64,000 nt of DNA. It comes from Thermotogota bacterium ADurb.Bin062 (lineage in GTDB: Bacteria > Thermotogota > Thermotogae > MWEM01). The translations under genes and the position numbers were made by a program. Below are positions 50,995 through 61,103 of this stretch, in pieces; within the stretch, counting starts at the first letter, position 1, and each line of letters opens with the position of its first letter. Where the stretch lies: NCBI GenBank assembly GCA_002071085.1, contig MWEM01000004.1, positions 4,277-68,276 on the forward strand, in the 5' to 3' direction. The notes under the pieces are model-generated. The model was given only the letters and a program-made list of their open reading frames with translations. It was not told the DNA's origin and searched no databases.

Positions 50995-51059
50995 ACCTCC
51001 GTACAGAGTATGAAAGGTACGGTACCTCCGAAGATTATAACACAAATCGCGAGCGGACT

Positions 51060-51640
51060 TTTGTGAGGTGTGGGTATAATATCGGGGTGCGCCAAAATGG
51101 GAACGCTGAACTTTAGTTCGGCAGGTTCAAAGAAAAGATGGTTTCGCACAGAGTACGCAGAGAGCACAGAGGAAACATAAACCTGGGTGTTGACTCTCCT
51201 AAACACCTCTCTTCTTTGTGACCTCCGTGGTCTCCGTGGGAGATTTTTTAGATATGCCAACTTAAAAGTTGGCGTTCCCAACCCACAAAGTATCGCGCCG
51301 TCGCATAGAGAAAAAACGCTTACGCCGCGATGGGTCCGGAAAAAAACGTTTCGCGCCATCGAAAGAAGAAGAGGCGCTCACGCCGCGATGTCTGTGTGGG
51401 TCATCGCGGGGTAAGTGGTTTTTACGACCCCGCGATCCCGCTTTTGTTTTTTTCTAAAGTTCCGCGATGGGTCCGGAAAAAAACGTTTCGCGCCGTCGCA
51501 AGAAGAAGAGGCGCTTACGCTGCGATGCCTGTTTGGGTCATCGCGGGTAAAAAGGCAGTCCAGAAAAACTCGCCGCGCGAAAGCGTGGAGCCGACCGGCG
51601 GCATACCTTCTGTTAATCCCAGAAGGGAGTTGATTTAGTT
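51060..51640. repeat. Composite intergenic repeat cluster including a 137-bp tandem duplication
   Basis: P module GTGTGGGTATAATATCGGGGTG (51068). Q hairpin GCCAACTTAAAAGTTGGC (51256-51273). R(rc)+S(rc) unit (S hairpin 51401-51437). Unit CCGCGATGGGTCCGGAAAAAAACGTTTCGCGCC.TCG.AAGAAGAAGAGGCGCT.ACGC.GCGATG.CTGT.TGGGTCATCGCGGG repeated at 51325 and 51462. Confidence 0.8.
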
Positions 51641-51748
51641 CAAGAACTGAATTGTTCTTACAAATAATTTACCAAACGGTCAAATAATTCCTTCGCGGAA
51701 CGTGATAGAATAAGAAGCGGTACGACGCTTCGGATTGGAGGGATACGG

Positions 51749-52336
51749 TTGTCCAAGAGAGACACCAAACGTGACATATTACAAGCGGCAAAAGCGGTTT
51801 TCGCAAGCAAAGGCTACGAAGCTTCAACCTTAGAGGACATCGCGGAAAAAGCCGGCGTGAGAAAAGCGCTGATTTTTTACTACTACCCTTCAAAAGAATC
51901 GTTGTTTTTAGAAGCCTGGAACGAATCGATCGACGAGCTTGAGAATACGCTCTTTAGAGAACTGGCGGACGAGAGCGTCTATATCCGGAAGTTGAAAAAA
52001 CTCTTCCGCGGTTACATCGATTTTGTGATGAGCCGTCGAGAAGTGATGAAACTGATAGAGATCGATCGGGTTCGAATTATGGACGGGCCGCAGGACGGAG
52101 ACGAGTGGGGAAGGTTTCGGCTCAGGTACAACCGTTTCTTGCAAAAAATCGAAGAACTGATCGAGGAAGGGAAAGAAAAAAAGGCCCTGCCCTCCGACAT
52201 ATCGACAAAAGCGACGGCCAAACTCCTCGCGCAAATGATGGGTATGGGCGCTTTGGAAGAGAACATCACGCTGGAACGCATCATACGGATCATCTTGTCC
52301 GGCATGGCTTTGGAACCGGAAAGAATCCTGCTTTAA
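51749..52336 (+). CDS. TetR/AcrR family transcriptional regulator
   Basis: N-terminal HTH ILQAAKAVFASKGYEASTLEDIAEKAGVRKALIFYYYPSKESLF. Confidence 0.8.
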   Translation: MSKRDTKRDILQAAKAVFASKGYEASTLEDIAEKAGVRKALIFYYYPSKESLFLEAWNESIDELENTLFRELADESVYIRKLKKLFRGYIDFVMSRREVMKLIEIDRVRIMDGPQDGDEWGRFRLRYNRFLQKIEELIEEGKEKKALPSDISTKATAKLLAQMMGMGALEENITLERIIRIILSGMALEPERILL

Positions 52337-52345
52337 CCCGGCTCT

Positions 52346-53422
52346 ATGGACTTCTATCTCAACGTGACCGTAGCCGGTTTGGAAACGACCCGGCAAATCT
52401 GCTCCGATTACGGTTACTGGTTCCGAAGAGGAGACGAAACCTCGTTAACGCTTTTTTTCACGGATCGCGCCCTCGTTTCAGAGGTCCGGCGGGTCGTCGA
52501 CGACCTCAAAGGACCAGGATCGGCTCCCGTTCACCTTATCGCGGATCCGGTTCCCTTCCACGAACTCCACCGGTTCTACCGAAAAAAAGGCTTGCTGAAC
52601 GAGTGGATTCCCTATCGCCCAGGCGACCTTTTCAGGATCCATCGCCTCCTCGAACCGAACGCGGGTAATCAGAGCTACGAAACTCAACCGGTCTCTATAC
52701 AATTCGACGTGCGCTATGACCAAACCGTTCCCGAAAAGCGCCGTGTCTATCGGAGAGAACAGATCGCCGCCATTCTCGACGCGATCGATCACCTTCACCC
52801 GACGTCGCTGATCGACTGGGGTTGCGGATGCGGCGCGAATTACTCTTTTCTGAAGGATAAATTGGCGCAAGAGGGGATCCGTTATCAAGGCCTCGACACC
52901 AGTCGTTTTCTTATTTCGAAAGCGAAGGACTTGTATGAAACTCCGGAATCTGATCCCCGTGTTCGATTTGATCTGGGTGACGCGAGGAGACTTCCTTACC
53001 CCGACCACGCCTTCGATTTAGGGTTTTCCGAGAGTCTTTTACCGTTGGTCCCGAACCCCCTGGCGGCTCTTACCGAGATGGCTCGTACGACGCTGTTCGG
53101 CTTTTTTTCCTCGCTCTATACGATCGCTTCGCACCAACCCGGATTGGTTTATTTACAAAAGGAGCGGGCCTATGCCTTGGACGTGGGGGCGACTTGGAAA
53201 TACCGCAAGGGTGTTTCCGAACAAGTCTTCTATCTTCCCAAAACCGCCGATGTCAGGGCTTTCGCACGAAAGGTCCCGCATATCGTGACGGTCGAAAACA
53301 AACGGCATCAGTTCTTCGATGCCTTGGGCATCCGAACGGTGAGCGTCTTTTTCTATCCAAAAAGGTGGTTCGACCAAAGGCGCGCCCGATTCACGCTGTG
53401 GAATTATCAGCCTTTGATGTGA
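52346..53422 (+). CDS. Class I SAM-dependent methyltransferase (358 aa)
   Basis: Motif I IDWGCGCGANYSFL, acidic motif II LDTS, motif III FDLGFSESLL. Confidence 0.6.
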   Translation: MDFYLNVTVAGLETTRQICSDYGYWFRRGDETSLTLFFTDRALVSEVRRVVDDLKGPGSAPVHLIADPVPFHELHRFYRKKGLLNEWIPYRPGDLFRIHRLLEPNAGNQSYETQPVSIQFDVRYDQTVPEKRRVYRREQIAAILDAIDHLHPTSLIDWGCGCGANYSFLKDKLAQEGIRYQGLDTSRFLISKAKDLYETPESDPRVRFDLGDARRLPYPDHAFDLGFSESLLPLVPNPLAALTEMARTTLFGFFSSLYTIASHQPGLVYLQKERAYALDVGATWKYRKGVSEQVFYLPKTADVRAFARKVPHIVTVENKRHQFFDALGIRTVSVFFYPKRWFDQRRARFTLWNYQPLM

Positions 53423-53910
53423 GGTTGCTGATCTTTCGAAAAATCCAAGATCGTCGCACCGGTCAACGCGGCGAGATCGGAGCTCCGCATCCAAATTTGT
53501 ATCCCTTTCTTCCCGGCGCTGCAACTGATCCACTCTTCTCGTAAGACCGGCCGGTCCAGAAAGAACGGATAGGTTTTGGTCATCCCGAACGGAGATACCC
53601 CACCCCGAACGTACCCGGTCAGAGACAACAGGCGTCCCGCGTCAACGGTGCCGATCATCGTATCCGGAACGAATGAGGCCAAGCGTTTGATGTCGACGTC
53701 GCGGTGACCTTGAAGCAGGCAAACGAAAACCCCGGAACGGTTCCCCTTGAGCACAATCGTCTTGACGGTTTGCTCCACCCGAATCCCCAGCTTTTGGGCT
53801 ACAGATACGGCGCTGAGATCCGATTCGTCCACTTCGTAAACCCGACTTTCAAAATCAACGCGATGCCGTTCCAGAAAACGGATCGCGTTGGTTTTTGGGT
53901 TCGCCTTCAC
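53407..53910 (-). CDS. ybaK: Cys-tRNA(Pro)/aminoacyl-tRNA deacylase YbaK/EbsC
   Basis: MKANPKTNAIRFLERHRVDFE...TIVLKG...GVSPFG typical of YbaK. Confidence 0.8.
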   Translation of the reverse strand: MKANPKTNAIRFLERHRVDFESRVYEVDESDLSAVSVAQKLGIRVEQTVKTIVLKGNRSGVFVCLLQGHRDVDIKRLASFVPDTMIGTVDAGRLLSLTGYVRGGVSPFGMTKTYPFFLDRPVLREEWISCSAGKKGIQIWMRSSDLAALTGATILDFSKDQQPHIKG

Positions 53911-53919
53911 GGTACTCCT

Positions 53920-55548
53920 CTATCGTTTCGTGATCAAGAAAAATATCTGAGAAAATACGCCATTCCAGGGATGCCCGTTGATGTCCGCCTGCAACAACCC
54001 GCCAAAGGTGGGGTCTTCGAAGAGGAACAACTCCGGTATCGGGAAAGTCCGGTCTATCCATTGATAATAGAGCTGTGGGAAGAAGGCTTTCAAGTCGGAA
54101 AAGTTTTCTGGGTGGGCGAAATACATCCCGGGGTAGGCCAATACGTGAAGTTCATCGATGAAACGGCTGTCGATTCCCCTTAGATCCAAGAACCCCCGTA
54201 CGCGGGAGAACAGGGGCTCTTCGCTCTCTATTGAAAAAAGTGTTACAGCTTTCGTTGGATCGGAGACGTAGTCGATCGTTTCTCGCAGTATCGCCAAAAG
54301 CCGTTCGGACAACGGGGAGCCGGTGTCCAAGCGCGCGAGGTTCAGGCCGAACGGCCCTTCTTCCTCCGGGTCGTCGAGGAATGGCAGTTGATCGTTCTCG
54401 ATCATCCAGATCATCGTTTCGCAAAACCCGACGATTGCCCCTTTCCAGTTCTCCACGGCGTGCGTGCCACCATTTTCTTCTTCTGGTCGGAAGGCCAAAA
54501 ACCCCTCATCGAACAGCGCGCACCATTCTAAGTTGGAGATTTTTCCGTCGTGGTTTGCGTCGAGAAAATCCGCGGCATAGGCGTACGCGGACTCTATCCC
54601 CTCTTCTCGGTTAATTTTTGAGAATCGGTTCAAAAAATCTTGGAGGGCGCTTCCGAAATCGAGTTGGTAGATAACGAGCGGTTCCAAGGCGCTCAGTTCT
54701 CCCGTCACCAATAAATATAGCCAGCGCATCTCCGTAGAACCGATCGTCAGAACGTCCTCCTCGTCGAAAACCGGTTCCCACGCGTCTAGGTCCAGCTCAT
54801 CGATTTCTCCGGATCGAATCAGATCGAACAGTTCTTTGTCAAACCACGCGTCGCCCGAGGAGGGATCGAAGAACCGGCTGATCTTTTCGTCCGGAGGGAG
54901 CTCATTTTTACCGATTAAGGCTTCTGCGATGATCTTCCAAACTGGCGCGCCCTGTGCAAACCAAGAGAACAGCAAAGGCGTTTCAGGTTCTAAGACGCCG
55001 TTTTGATTCCAATCGAGATGATTCGGGAAGATATCGACCGGTTCAGGAGAAGCCAACGCCCGCTCAAGGCACGATTTGGCCTCTTCCAATAGCGCGACGG
55101 TTTCGGCGATCTCACGTTGCCCCTCTTGTATCCACCATCGTATCCAGGAGAGATCAAGGTCGTCTTCCGCGCGTAGGACCCTCGTTTTAAAGAACCAATT
55201 GAGTAACCTCTTCTGTAATTCAGCCTTTAGAGCGCTTTTCGCGTTCGCGCGAAGGGCGCCTGGCAGCGCATAGTCTATGGGACCGATTCTCTTGAAAATG
55301 GAGATCAGGCGTTGATTTCCTCGGAATAGCGTGACCAGAGAGAGGCCGAGGTTAGCTTGAGGTCGCGTCGGGTTTCTCCTTAACGCTTCTCGAAAGCAGT
55401 TTTCCGCTGTTCGTAAGTCCCCGGAGTTGAAATGTCGAAAACCGGCTTCTATTGTGGGTCCGATATCGATATACGCGCAACCGTAGAAGAAGAGGGTAAA
55501 TACAAACAGAAGGATCGCCAAACCTATCGTTCTTTTCACATCGATCAC
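53920..55548 (-). CDS. Secreted/lipoprotein hypothetical (542 aa) with N-terminal TPR-like helices
   Basis: Signal peptide with Cys (LFFYGCAY). Acidic, W-rich soluble region. No catalytic motif recognised. Confidence 0.5.
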   Translation of the reverse strand: MIDVKRTIGLAILLFVFTLFFYGCAYIDIGPTIEAGFRHFNSGDLRTAENCFREALRRNPTRPQANLGLSLVTLFRGNQRLISIFKRIGPIDYALPGALRANAKSALKAELQKRLLNWFFKTRVLRAEDDLDLSWIRWWIQEGQREIAETVALLEEAKSCLERALASPEPVDIFPNHLDWNQNGVLEPETPLLFSWFAQGAPVWKIIAEALIGKNELPPDEKISRFFDPSSGDAWFDKELFDLIRSGEIDELDLDAWEPVFDEEDVLTIGSTEMRWLYLLVTGELSALEPLVIYQLDFGSALQDFLNRFSKINREEGIESAYAYAADFLDANHDGKISNLEWCALFDEGFLAFRPEEENGGTHAVENWKGAIVGFCETMIWMIENDQLPFLDDPEEEGPFGLNLARLDTGSPLSERLLAILRETIDYVSDPTKAVTLFSIESEEPLFSRVRGFLDLRGIDSRFIDELHVLAYPGMYFAHPENFSDLKAFFPQLYYQWIDRTFPIPELFLFEDPTFGGLLQADINGHPWNGVFSQIFFLITKR

Positions 55549-55614
55549 TCCCTACTCTATAGTTTCTTACAAGAATTATACACGATCTGGTAAAAAAACA
55601 AAACCCGGTATGGG

Positions 55615-55840
55615 TCTACTTATCGCGGCGTAAGCGCCCCTTCTTTTCGCGACGGCGCGATACGCTTTTTTCTGGGCCTATCGCGGCCAAAAGCAAAAGG
55701 GGGATCGCGGGGTCGTAAAACCACTTACCCCGCGATAACCTCGCACGGGCATCGCGGTGTAAGCGTTTAAGGGCTTTCGAGAGCTTACTGAAAAGCAAAA
55801 AAACGTGCCGAACTAAAGTTCGGCGTTCCCGATTTGTTGC
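55615..55840. repeat. Composite intergenic repeat cluster (R, linker, S hairpin, partial R, Q hairpin)
   Basis: R at 55622-55672. S GATCGCGGGGTCGTAAAACCACTTACCCCGCGATAACC at 55703-55740. Q GCCGAACTAAAGTTCGGC at 55806-55823 followed by GTTCCC. Confidence 0.8.
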
Positions 55841-56001
55841 TCCTCGGTATTATTCCCACACCAAAACCCGTTCGAAATCGACACGCCTGTTCCGGCATAC
55901 TCGCGGTTGGCATTCGCCCTTGACTTTTTTCATCCGGACCGGTAGTATTAAGGGTATCATCGACCGATCTCACAATCGGACGAGTAACTAAGGGGGAGAC
56001 T

Positions 56002-56406
56002 ATGGATTTTTCGGATATCGGTATCGGAATGATCAATCGACAAACCTTTTTCGTTTCAGAAGAGCGTGTGAGAGCCTTTGCCGAGTTGACCGGCGATATG
56101 AACCCTGTCCACCTTGACGAGGAGTTCGCCAAAAGCACCCAATTCGGCAGACGGATCGCTCACGGTATGCTCGTGTCCTCCTTCATTTCGAAGGTCCTGG
56201 GCCGGGATTTCCCCGGTGACGGTACGATCTATGTGGCGCAAAAAGTGCGATTCAGACGCCCCGTCTTCATAGGGGATACGGTGGTCGTTGAGGTGGAAGT
56301 GACCGAAAAAAACGAGGAAAAGCGACGGCTCATCCTAAGGACCGACGTCATCAACGAGAGCGGAGAAAAGGTGATCATAGGAGAAGCCGAAGTGATGAAG
56401 CCTTGA
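56002..56406 (+). CDS. MaoC-like (R)-specific enoyl-CoA hydratase/dehydratase (hot-dog fold)
   Basis: NPVHLDEEFAKSTQFGRRIAHGML hot-dog hydratase motif. Confidence 0.75.
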   Translation: MDFSDIGIGMINRQTFFVSEERVRAFAELTGDMNPVHLDEEFAKSTQFGRRIAHGMLVSSFISKVLGRDFPGDGTIYVAQKVRFRRPVFIGDTVVVEVEVTEKNEEKRRLILRTDVINESGEKVIIGEAEVMKP

Positions 56407-56419
56407 CGCCCCGACCTTT

Positions 56420-57013
56420 TCATTCCTTCGCCAATAGAACGATCAAGAGCCGGCCGCACCGTTTGTGAAGCGCGGTCAACGTACCTTCATTGCGTAGGAT
56501 GAAATGGCTTTTCGACTTGTGCCGACCGACACGCTGCGCCATCACACGTTTTCGAGCTTCCTCGACGTCATAACCGCGAGTTTCGACTAGCCGTTGGATG
56601 CGGGTTTTGCGCGTCGCGTCGACGAAAATGACCCAATCGACCGATGCGTCCAAGCCCATCTCAAAAAGAATCGCCGCCTCCAGAAAGACCAACGGATGAT
56701 GGGCGTCTTCCAGAACCTGAAAGCGAGCCAACGTGTGGTCGATCATCCACGGATGAACGATGGCATTGAGTCGAAGCAACGCTTGAGGATCGGAGAAGAC
56801 GATACGGCCTAACGCTTTCCGGTCTATATCGCCGTGAACTCCCAAAATGCTCGTCCCAAATGCTCGGACCGTCTCGGCCATGATATGGGCATCCCGCAAC
56901 GCGAGATGCCCCACTTCATCTTCATAGACCACCGGATACCCTTTTCTTTCGTAGTACCGGCTCACTTCTGATTTCCCGGAGGCGATGGATCCGGTTATCC
57001 CCACTTTCTTCAA
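56420..57013 (-). CDS. coaE: Dephospho-CoA kinase
   Basis: MKKVGITGSIASGKSEV P-loop. 197 aa. Overlaps the pmbA stop (coupled). Confidence 0.85.
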   Translation of the reverse strand: MKKVGITGSIASGKSEVSRYYERKGYPVVYEDEVGHLALRDAHIMAETVRAFGTSILGVHGDIDRKALGRIVFSDPQALLRLNAIVHPWMIDHTLARFQVLEDAHHPLVFLEAAILFEMGLDASVDWVIFVDATRKTRIQRLVETRGYDVEEARKRVMAQRVGRHKSKSHFILRNEGTLTALHKRCGRLLIVLLAKE

Positions 57014-58377
57014 GAAACCGATTCCGTTCCCGCGACATCTATTTCAGAAATATACATGTCGGGGCAATAGACGCTGAAGTTTCCGGAAGGCATAGACAGA
57101 TTCGAGGACGAACTGAGGTCTACTACCCTCCCAAACCATTCCAGAAGATTTCCGGCGATCGTGATCTGCTCCACCGGGTAGGCGATCTTCCCGCCTTCCA
57201 CTTTGAAACCCTCTGCACCAAGCGATAGCTGTCCCGAGTAGGGGTTCGCGCCGGAGTGCATCCCTTGTAGGTCTGTGATGTAAAGCCCATCCCCCATCTG
57301 TATGATCAGTTCGTCCAAGTTCAGGAGGCCAGGTCGTAATACCAAGTTCTGGGGAGCGATCACTGTCGCTTGATCGTACCTAACCCTCGCCGCGTTTCCG
57401 GTTGACGACAGCCCATCTTTCACAGCCGTTTTCATCCGGTGCAAGAAGGTTTCGAAAACCCCGTTACGGACAATCGTGGTCGTTTTCGTCGGTACGCCTT
57501 CCGCGTCGAACGGGGTGTTCGAGATTCCGCCTTCGATATACGGCTCGTTCGCGATCGTGATTACCGGAGCCGTAACGACTTGCCCCAACTTTCCTGCCAA
57601 CAGCGAGAGGCCTTTATGCGCATTTTCCGCGTTTATCATGAAAGAAAAGCAGGTCAACAGCATCCCGACCATATTGTAGTCTAAAATGACCGGGTATTTT
57701 CCGGTTCGAACGCTTTTCGCGCCGAGCTTCTTCAGGGCTTTTCCCGCGGCTTTCCGGGCCGTTGCGCGAAAATCCAGCCCGACTGGCGACGCTTGCGCGA
57801 CGAAGTCCAAACCAGTTTTCGCCGTTTTCCCGTCGGAAGCGGCCGCGACGAGGTATCCGCCCCCGCCTTCGCGACCGTATTCCACGTTCACACCATACGA
57901 GTTGCTAACGTAAAACCTATCCGCGCCTTCAAAATATGTGCAGTAGGGGATGTTCACGATAGCCGAGTGATAGGCCTTCGCCTCTTTCTCCATAGTAATG
58001 GCGTAGGCGATCTTCTCCTCGATTGGCAGCTGCGCGTACCGATCCGCGAAGGGCGGGAAGGTTCTATAGGGTTCTTGACCGGTATAGATATATTCAGGGT
58101 CTAAAGCGTCTATCTGTTGACAGTTTTCATATGCATCTTCGACGAGTCTGGCCGCCGACTCGGGTGTCCATACTTCCGTAAAACTGGAGCCTGCTTTTCC
58201 ATCTACGATCGTTTTAAAGCTCGCTCCAGCGCAGGATGCGTCCTTATAGTGTTCGATCTGGCTTTCGAAAACGCTGATCTCTAATTCCCGTTGTTCCATA
58301 CCGAAGAGCTCAAAGGTCTTCAATCCTTTTTTGACAGCGATGTCAAAGATAGAGTTTCTGAAGGCTTCGAAGTTCAT
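57010..58377 (-). CDS. pmbA: PmbA/TldE-type metalloprotease modulator
   Basis: Start MNFEAFRNS at 58377 overlapping the tldD stop. PmbA_TldD fold. The ORF-track extension to 58464 is unsupported. Confidence 0.8.
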   Translation of the reverse strand: MNFEAFRNSIFDIAVKKGLKTFELFGMEQRELEISVFESQIEHYKDASCAGASFKTIVDGKAGSSFTEVWTPESAARLVEDAYENCQQIDALDPEYIYTGQEPYRTFPPFADRYAQLPIEEKIAYAITMEKEAKAYHSAIVNIPYCTYFEGADRFYVSNSYGVNVEYGREGGGGYLVAAASDGKTAKTGLDFVAQASPVGLDFRATARKAAGKALKKLGAKSVRTGKYPVILDYNMVGMLLTCFSFMINAENAHKGLSLLAGKLGQVVTAPVITIANEPYIEGGISNTPFDAEGVPTKTTTIVRNGVFETFLHRMKTAVKDGLSSTGNAARVRYDQATVIAPQNLVLRPGLLNLDELIIQMGDGLYITDLQGMHSGANPYSGQLSLGAEGFKVEGGKIAYPVEQITIAGNLLEWFGRVVDLSSSSNLSMPSGNFSVYCPDMYISEIDVAGTESVS

Positions 58378-59783
58378 TGGTTTCTCCCCCCCACGAGTAA
58401 TGCGGACACACGAATCGTCGGTTGCCCGACATCCGCGGGGACCATCCCGGAGATGGACCCGCACATTCCTTGAGATCTCGCCAGGTTGTTTCCGACCATA
58501 TCGATCTTTTCCAACACTTCGTGGCCTTTCCCGATAAGCGTCGCCCCGCGTACGGGCTTCGAAACACGACCTTTTTCGATGAGGTACCCTTCGAGAACGG
58601 CGAAATTGAACTCACCGGTCGTCGGTTGAACGGATCCGCCCCCCATTGTCTTGGCGTACAACCCCCATTCTGTGTTGGCGATTATCTCTGCCGGAATGGA
58701 GTATCCGGGTAATAGGAAGGTATTGGACATCCGCGAGGTCGGCGCGAAGGTGTAGTTTTCTCGTCGTCCGCTTCCGGTAGGTTTCATACCCATCTTCCGA
58801 GCGTTGATGTGATCGATCAGGTAGCCTTTTAGCACGCCGTTTTCGATCAACAGATTTCTTTGGGTAGGCATCCCCTCGTCATCGACGGTGCACGTTCCCC
58901 AAGCGTTCGGGATGGTCCCGTCGTCGACCGCGCTCACGCAGTCGGCGGCTATTTTCTGGCCAACCTTCCCACAGAAGACCGACGCTCCTTTCGCGACGGC
59001 CGTCGCCTCCAACGAGTGCCCGCACGCTTCATGAAAAATGACACCGCCGAATCCGTTGTCGATCACTACCGGCATCATCCCTGCCGGCGAGAAGTCAGCG
59101 CGTATCATTCGAAGCGCGATTCGGGCGGCCTCTCTCCCGACCTCTTTCGGGTCTATGAGGTTGTAGAATTCGAAACCCGCTCCGGATCCGGGAGAACTCG
59201 AACCCGTCTCTTTCTGTCCGTACTCGGTCGCGATGACCGTCGTGATGAGTCGGGTTCTCCGCCTGCGATCCTCGGTGAACACCCCTTCGGTATTGGCGAT
59301 ACGCACGTACTGATCCTTTTCCAAATACTTGACTTCGACTTGGCCGATCAGGTCGTTAAGTGCGCTTCCCGCGGGGGCGAAGGTCCTCGCGCCTTCATGC
59401 GCCAGCCGCATGACCCGTTTCTTTTCTTGTCTTTCCATGATTTCAAAGGGCGTCAGCACGGGTAACTTGGTCTGGTGATGTTTTTCAGATAGGGTAACTG
59501 ATTCGTACCCTTTGGACGGCCCTTTCAGCGCTTTGCCGATCCTTCGGGCCGTGGCTTTCAAGTTGTCGATCGAGAGATCGTTGGTGTAGGCGTAAACCGC
59601 CTTCGTTTCCAAGAAGGCCCTCAACCCGACCCCGAAGAGTCTGCCTGTGTTCACCTTCTCGAGTTTGCCATCGGTCATCGACATTTCGGCCGATCGCGTG
59701 TCTTCAAAGAACAGCTCCCCGAAATCTCCACCCGTCTCCAACAGAACGCTTAAGACCTCTTCGATGTCTCGCTTTTGAAGCAT
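58374..59783 (-). CDS. tldD: Metalloprotease TldD
   Basis: HEACGH zinc motif (VIFHEACGHSLEA), GxC motifs. 469 aa. Confidence 0.85.
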   Translation of the reverse strand: MLQKRDIEEVLSVLLETGGDFGELFFEDTRSAEMSMTDGKLEKVNTGRLFGVGLRAFLETKAVYAYTNDLSIDNLKATARRIGKALKGPSKGYESVTLSEKHHQTKLPVLTPFEIMERQEKKRVMRLAHEGARTFAPAGSALNDLIGQVEVKYLEKDQYVRIANTEGVFTEDRRRRTRLITTVIATEYGQKETGSSSPGSGAGFEFYNLIDPKEVGREAARIALRMIRADFSPAGMMPVVIDNGFGGVIFHEACGHSLEATAVAKGASVFCGKVGQKIAADCVSAVDDGTIPNAWGTCTVDDEGMPTQRNLLIENGVLKGYLIDHINARKMGMKPTGSGRRENYTFAPTSRMSNTFLLPGYSIPAEIIANTEWGLYAKTMGGGSVQPTTGEFNFAVLEGYLIEKGRVSKPVRGATLIGKGHEVLEKIDMVGNNLARSQGMCGSISGMVPADVGQPTIRVSALLVGGRNQ

Positions 59784-59795
59784 ATTGACCTCCTT

Positions 59796-61103
59796 TCAGG
59801 GCTGCGTCCTGATGATCAGCGCATCCGCGGGGAAAGGAAAAGCGGCCTTTGCCTTCATCAGCGCATCCACAACGGATAGATAATCCTTAAGTGAAAAGAC
59901 GGCGCCGATTTCGGGGAAAACAGCCAAAAAGGGTCGCTTCGGATAGACCCTTTGATAGCGCTCCGTTATCTCCTTCTGCTTATCGGCGTCTTTGACTAAA
60001 AAAACCAATAAATCGCGGGTAGAAGCCAGCTTTTTCACGGCTTCGTGAACGAGACGCTTTTCGATGATGAAGGGGCGAATACTCTGACTTGACCAGAGAT
60101 TGTATTCCACGATCGAGAATTGATAAGCGTTGTCGTTCCAGGCGTTGATCAAGACCATCTGCGGTGCGTAAGGTTCTTGAACTGGTTCCATCTTCGCGAG
60201 TTCTTCACACACCCGCCAGATTTTTTCAGAGGAGACCTCAATCTCCCCTTTCGCGTTGATCAAATAGGGGAAGTTTAAAAAGGCGACATGTCCTAAAGCG
60301 TCCGCGTATCCCCAAAGGGAGAGCAAGTCGATGGCGTCGAAGTTGGTTTCGATCTTTCCCAAGACGTCCTGTATGAGACGGTTGAGCGTGAGGGTGTCCT
60401 TCTTCGTTTTCAGGGACTGAAGCAAGGTGAGCAGGACTTCTTTTTGTCGCTGTATCCTTCCCAAGTCTCCTAAATGGTCGTTTCGAAAACGGATGTACAA
60501 CAGAAGCTGCTTCCCGTTCAGCGCCTGAAGTCCCGGTTCGAAGTGAATCTTCAAGTTTTGCTGAGTGTCCTCGTATTCTAACGTCGTCAGTATATTCACT
60601 TTCACAGGGCCAAGGAGGTCTCCCAGGTACTCGAAGACCTCGTAGTCGATCACCGCGTATCGGGCGATTGAGATGTGGAGTAGGGACTCTATGGTTTTTT
60701 GTAAGGCGCGGATGCCGTGTTTTTTGTATAGTCCGTTGATCTTGACCGTAGGTTGCGACTGAACGGCGCTCCCAGTGGCAGTGGGGGAAGGCGCGGATTC
60801 CGAGGCGGGATCGGGTACCATCAGGTCCCTCGGGATGCTGATGAAGACCGTCTTTTTAGTTTCGAAGTGTATACCCAGAACGCCGATCATATCCGTTCTG
60901 TCTGCCCCTCCCGTGGCCGCGTCGTCAACCCCTAAGATCAGATAATACGCCTTCCCCGTCAGCGCGCTTTCCTCATCGGAAACCTGAAAGACCTCCTTCA
61001 TAAAGCCGGGCAGGATTAGAAAGAATAGGGTGACCGATACGCAAAGAAGAGAGGTAAAGAGGGCTAATAACACTCCGCCTTCGCGCCGATGAGCTCTTCT
61101 CAT
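59796..61103 (-). CDS. LytR-CpsA-Psr (LCP) family cell-envelope phosphotransferase
   Basis: N-terminal TM, LCP core YYLILGVDDAATGGADRTDMIGVLGIHFETKKTVFISIPRDLMV. Confidence 0.8.
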   Translation of the reverse strand: MRRAHRREGGVLLALFTSLLCVSVTLFFLILPGFMKEVFQVSDEESALTGKAYYLILGVDDAATGGADRTDMIGVLGIHFETKKTVFISIPRDLMVPDPASESAPSPTATGSAVQSQPTVKINGLYKKHGIRALQKTIESLLHISIARYAVIDYEVFEYLGDLLGPVKVNILTTLEYEDTQQNLKIHFEPGLQALNGKQLLLYIRFRNDHLGDLGRIQRQKEVLLTLLQSLKTKKDTLTLNRLIQDVLGKIETNFDAIDLLSLWGYADALGHVAFLNFPYLINAKGEIEVSSEKIWRVCEELAKMEPVQEPYAPQMVLINAWNDNAYQFSIVEYNLWSSQSIRPFIIEKRLVHEAVKKLASTRDLLVFLVKDADKQKEITERYQRVYPKRPFLAVFPEIGAVFSLKDYLSVVDALMKAKAAFPFPADALIIRTQP

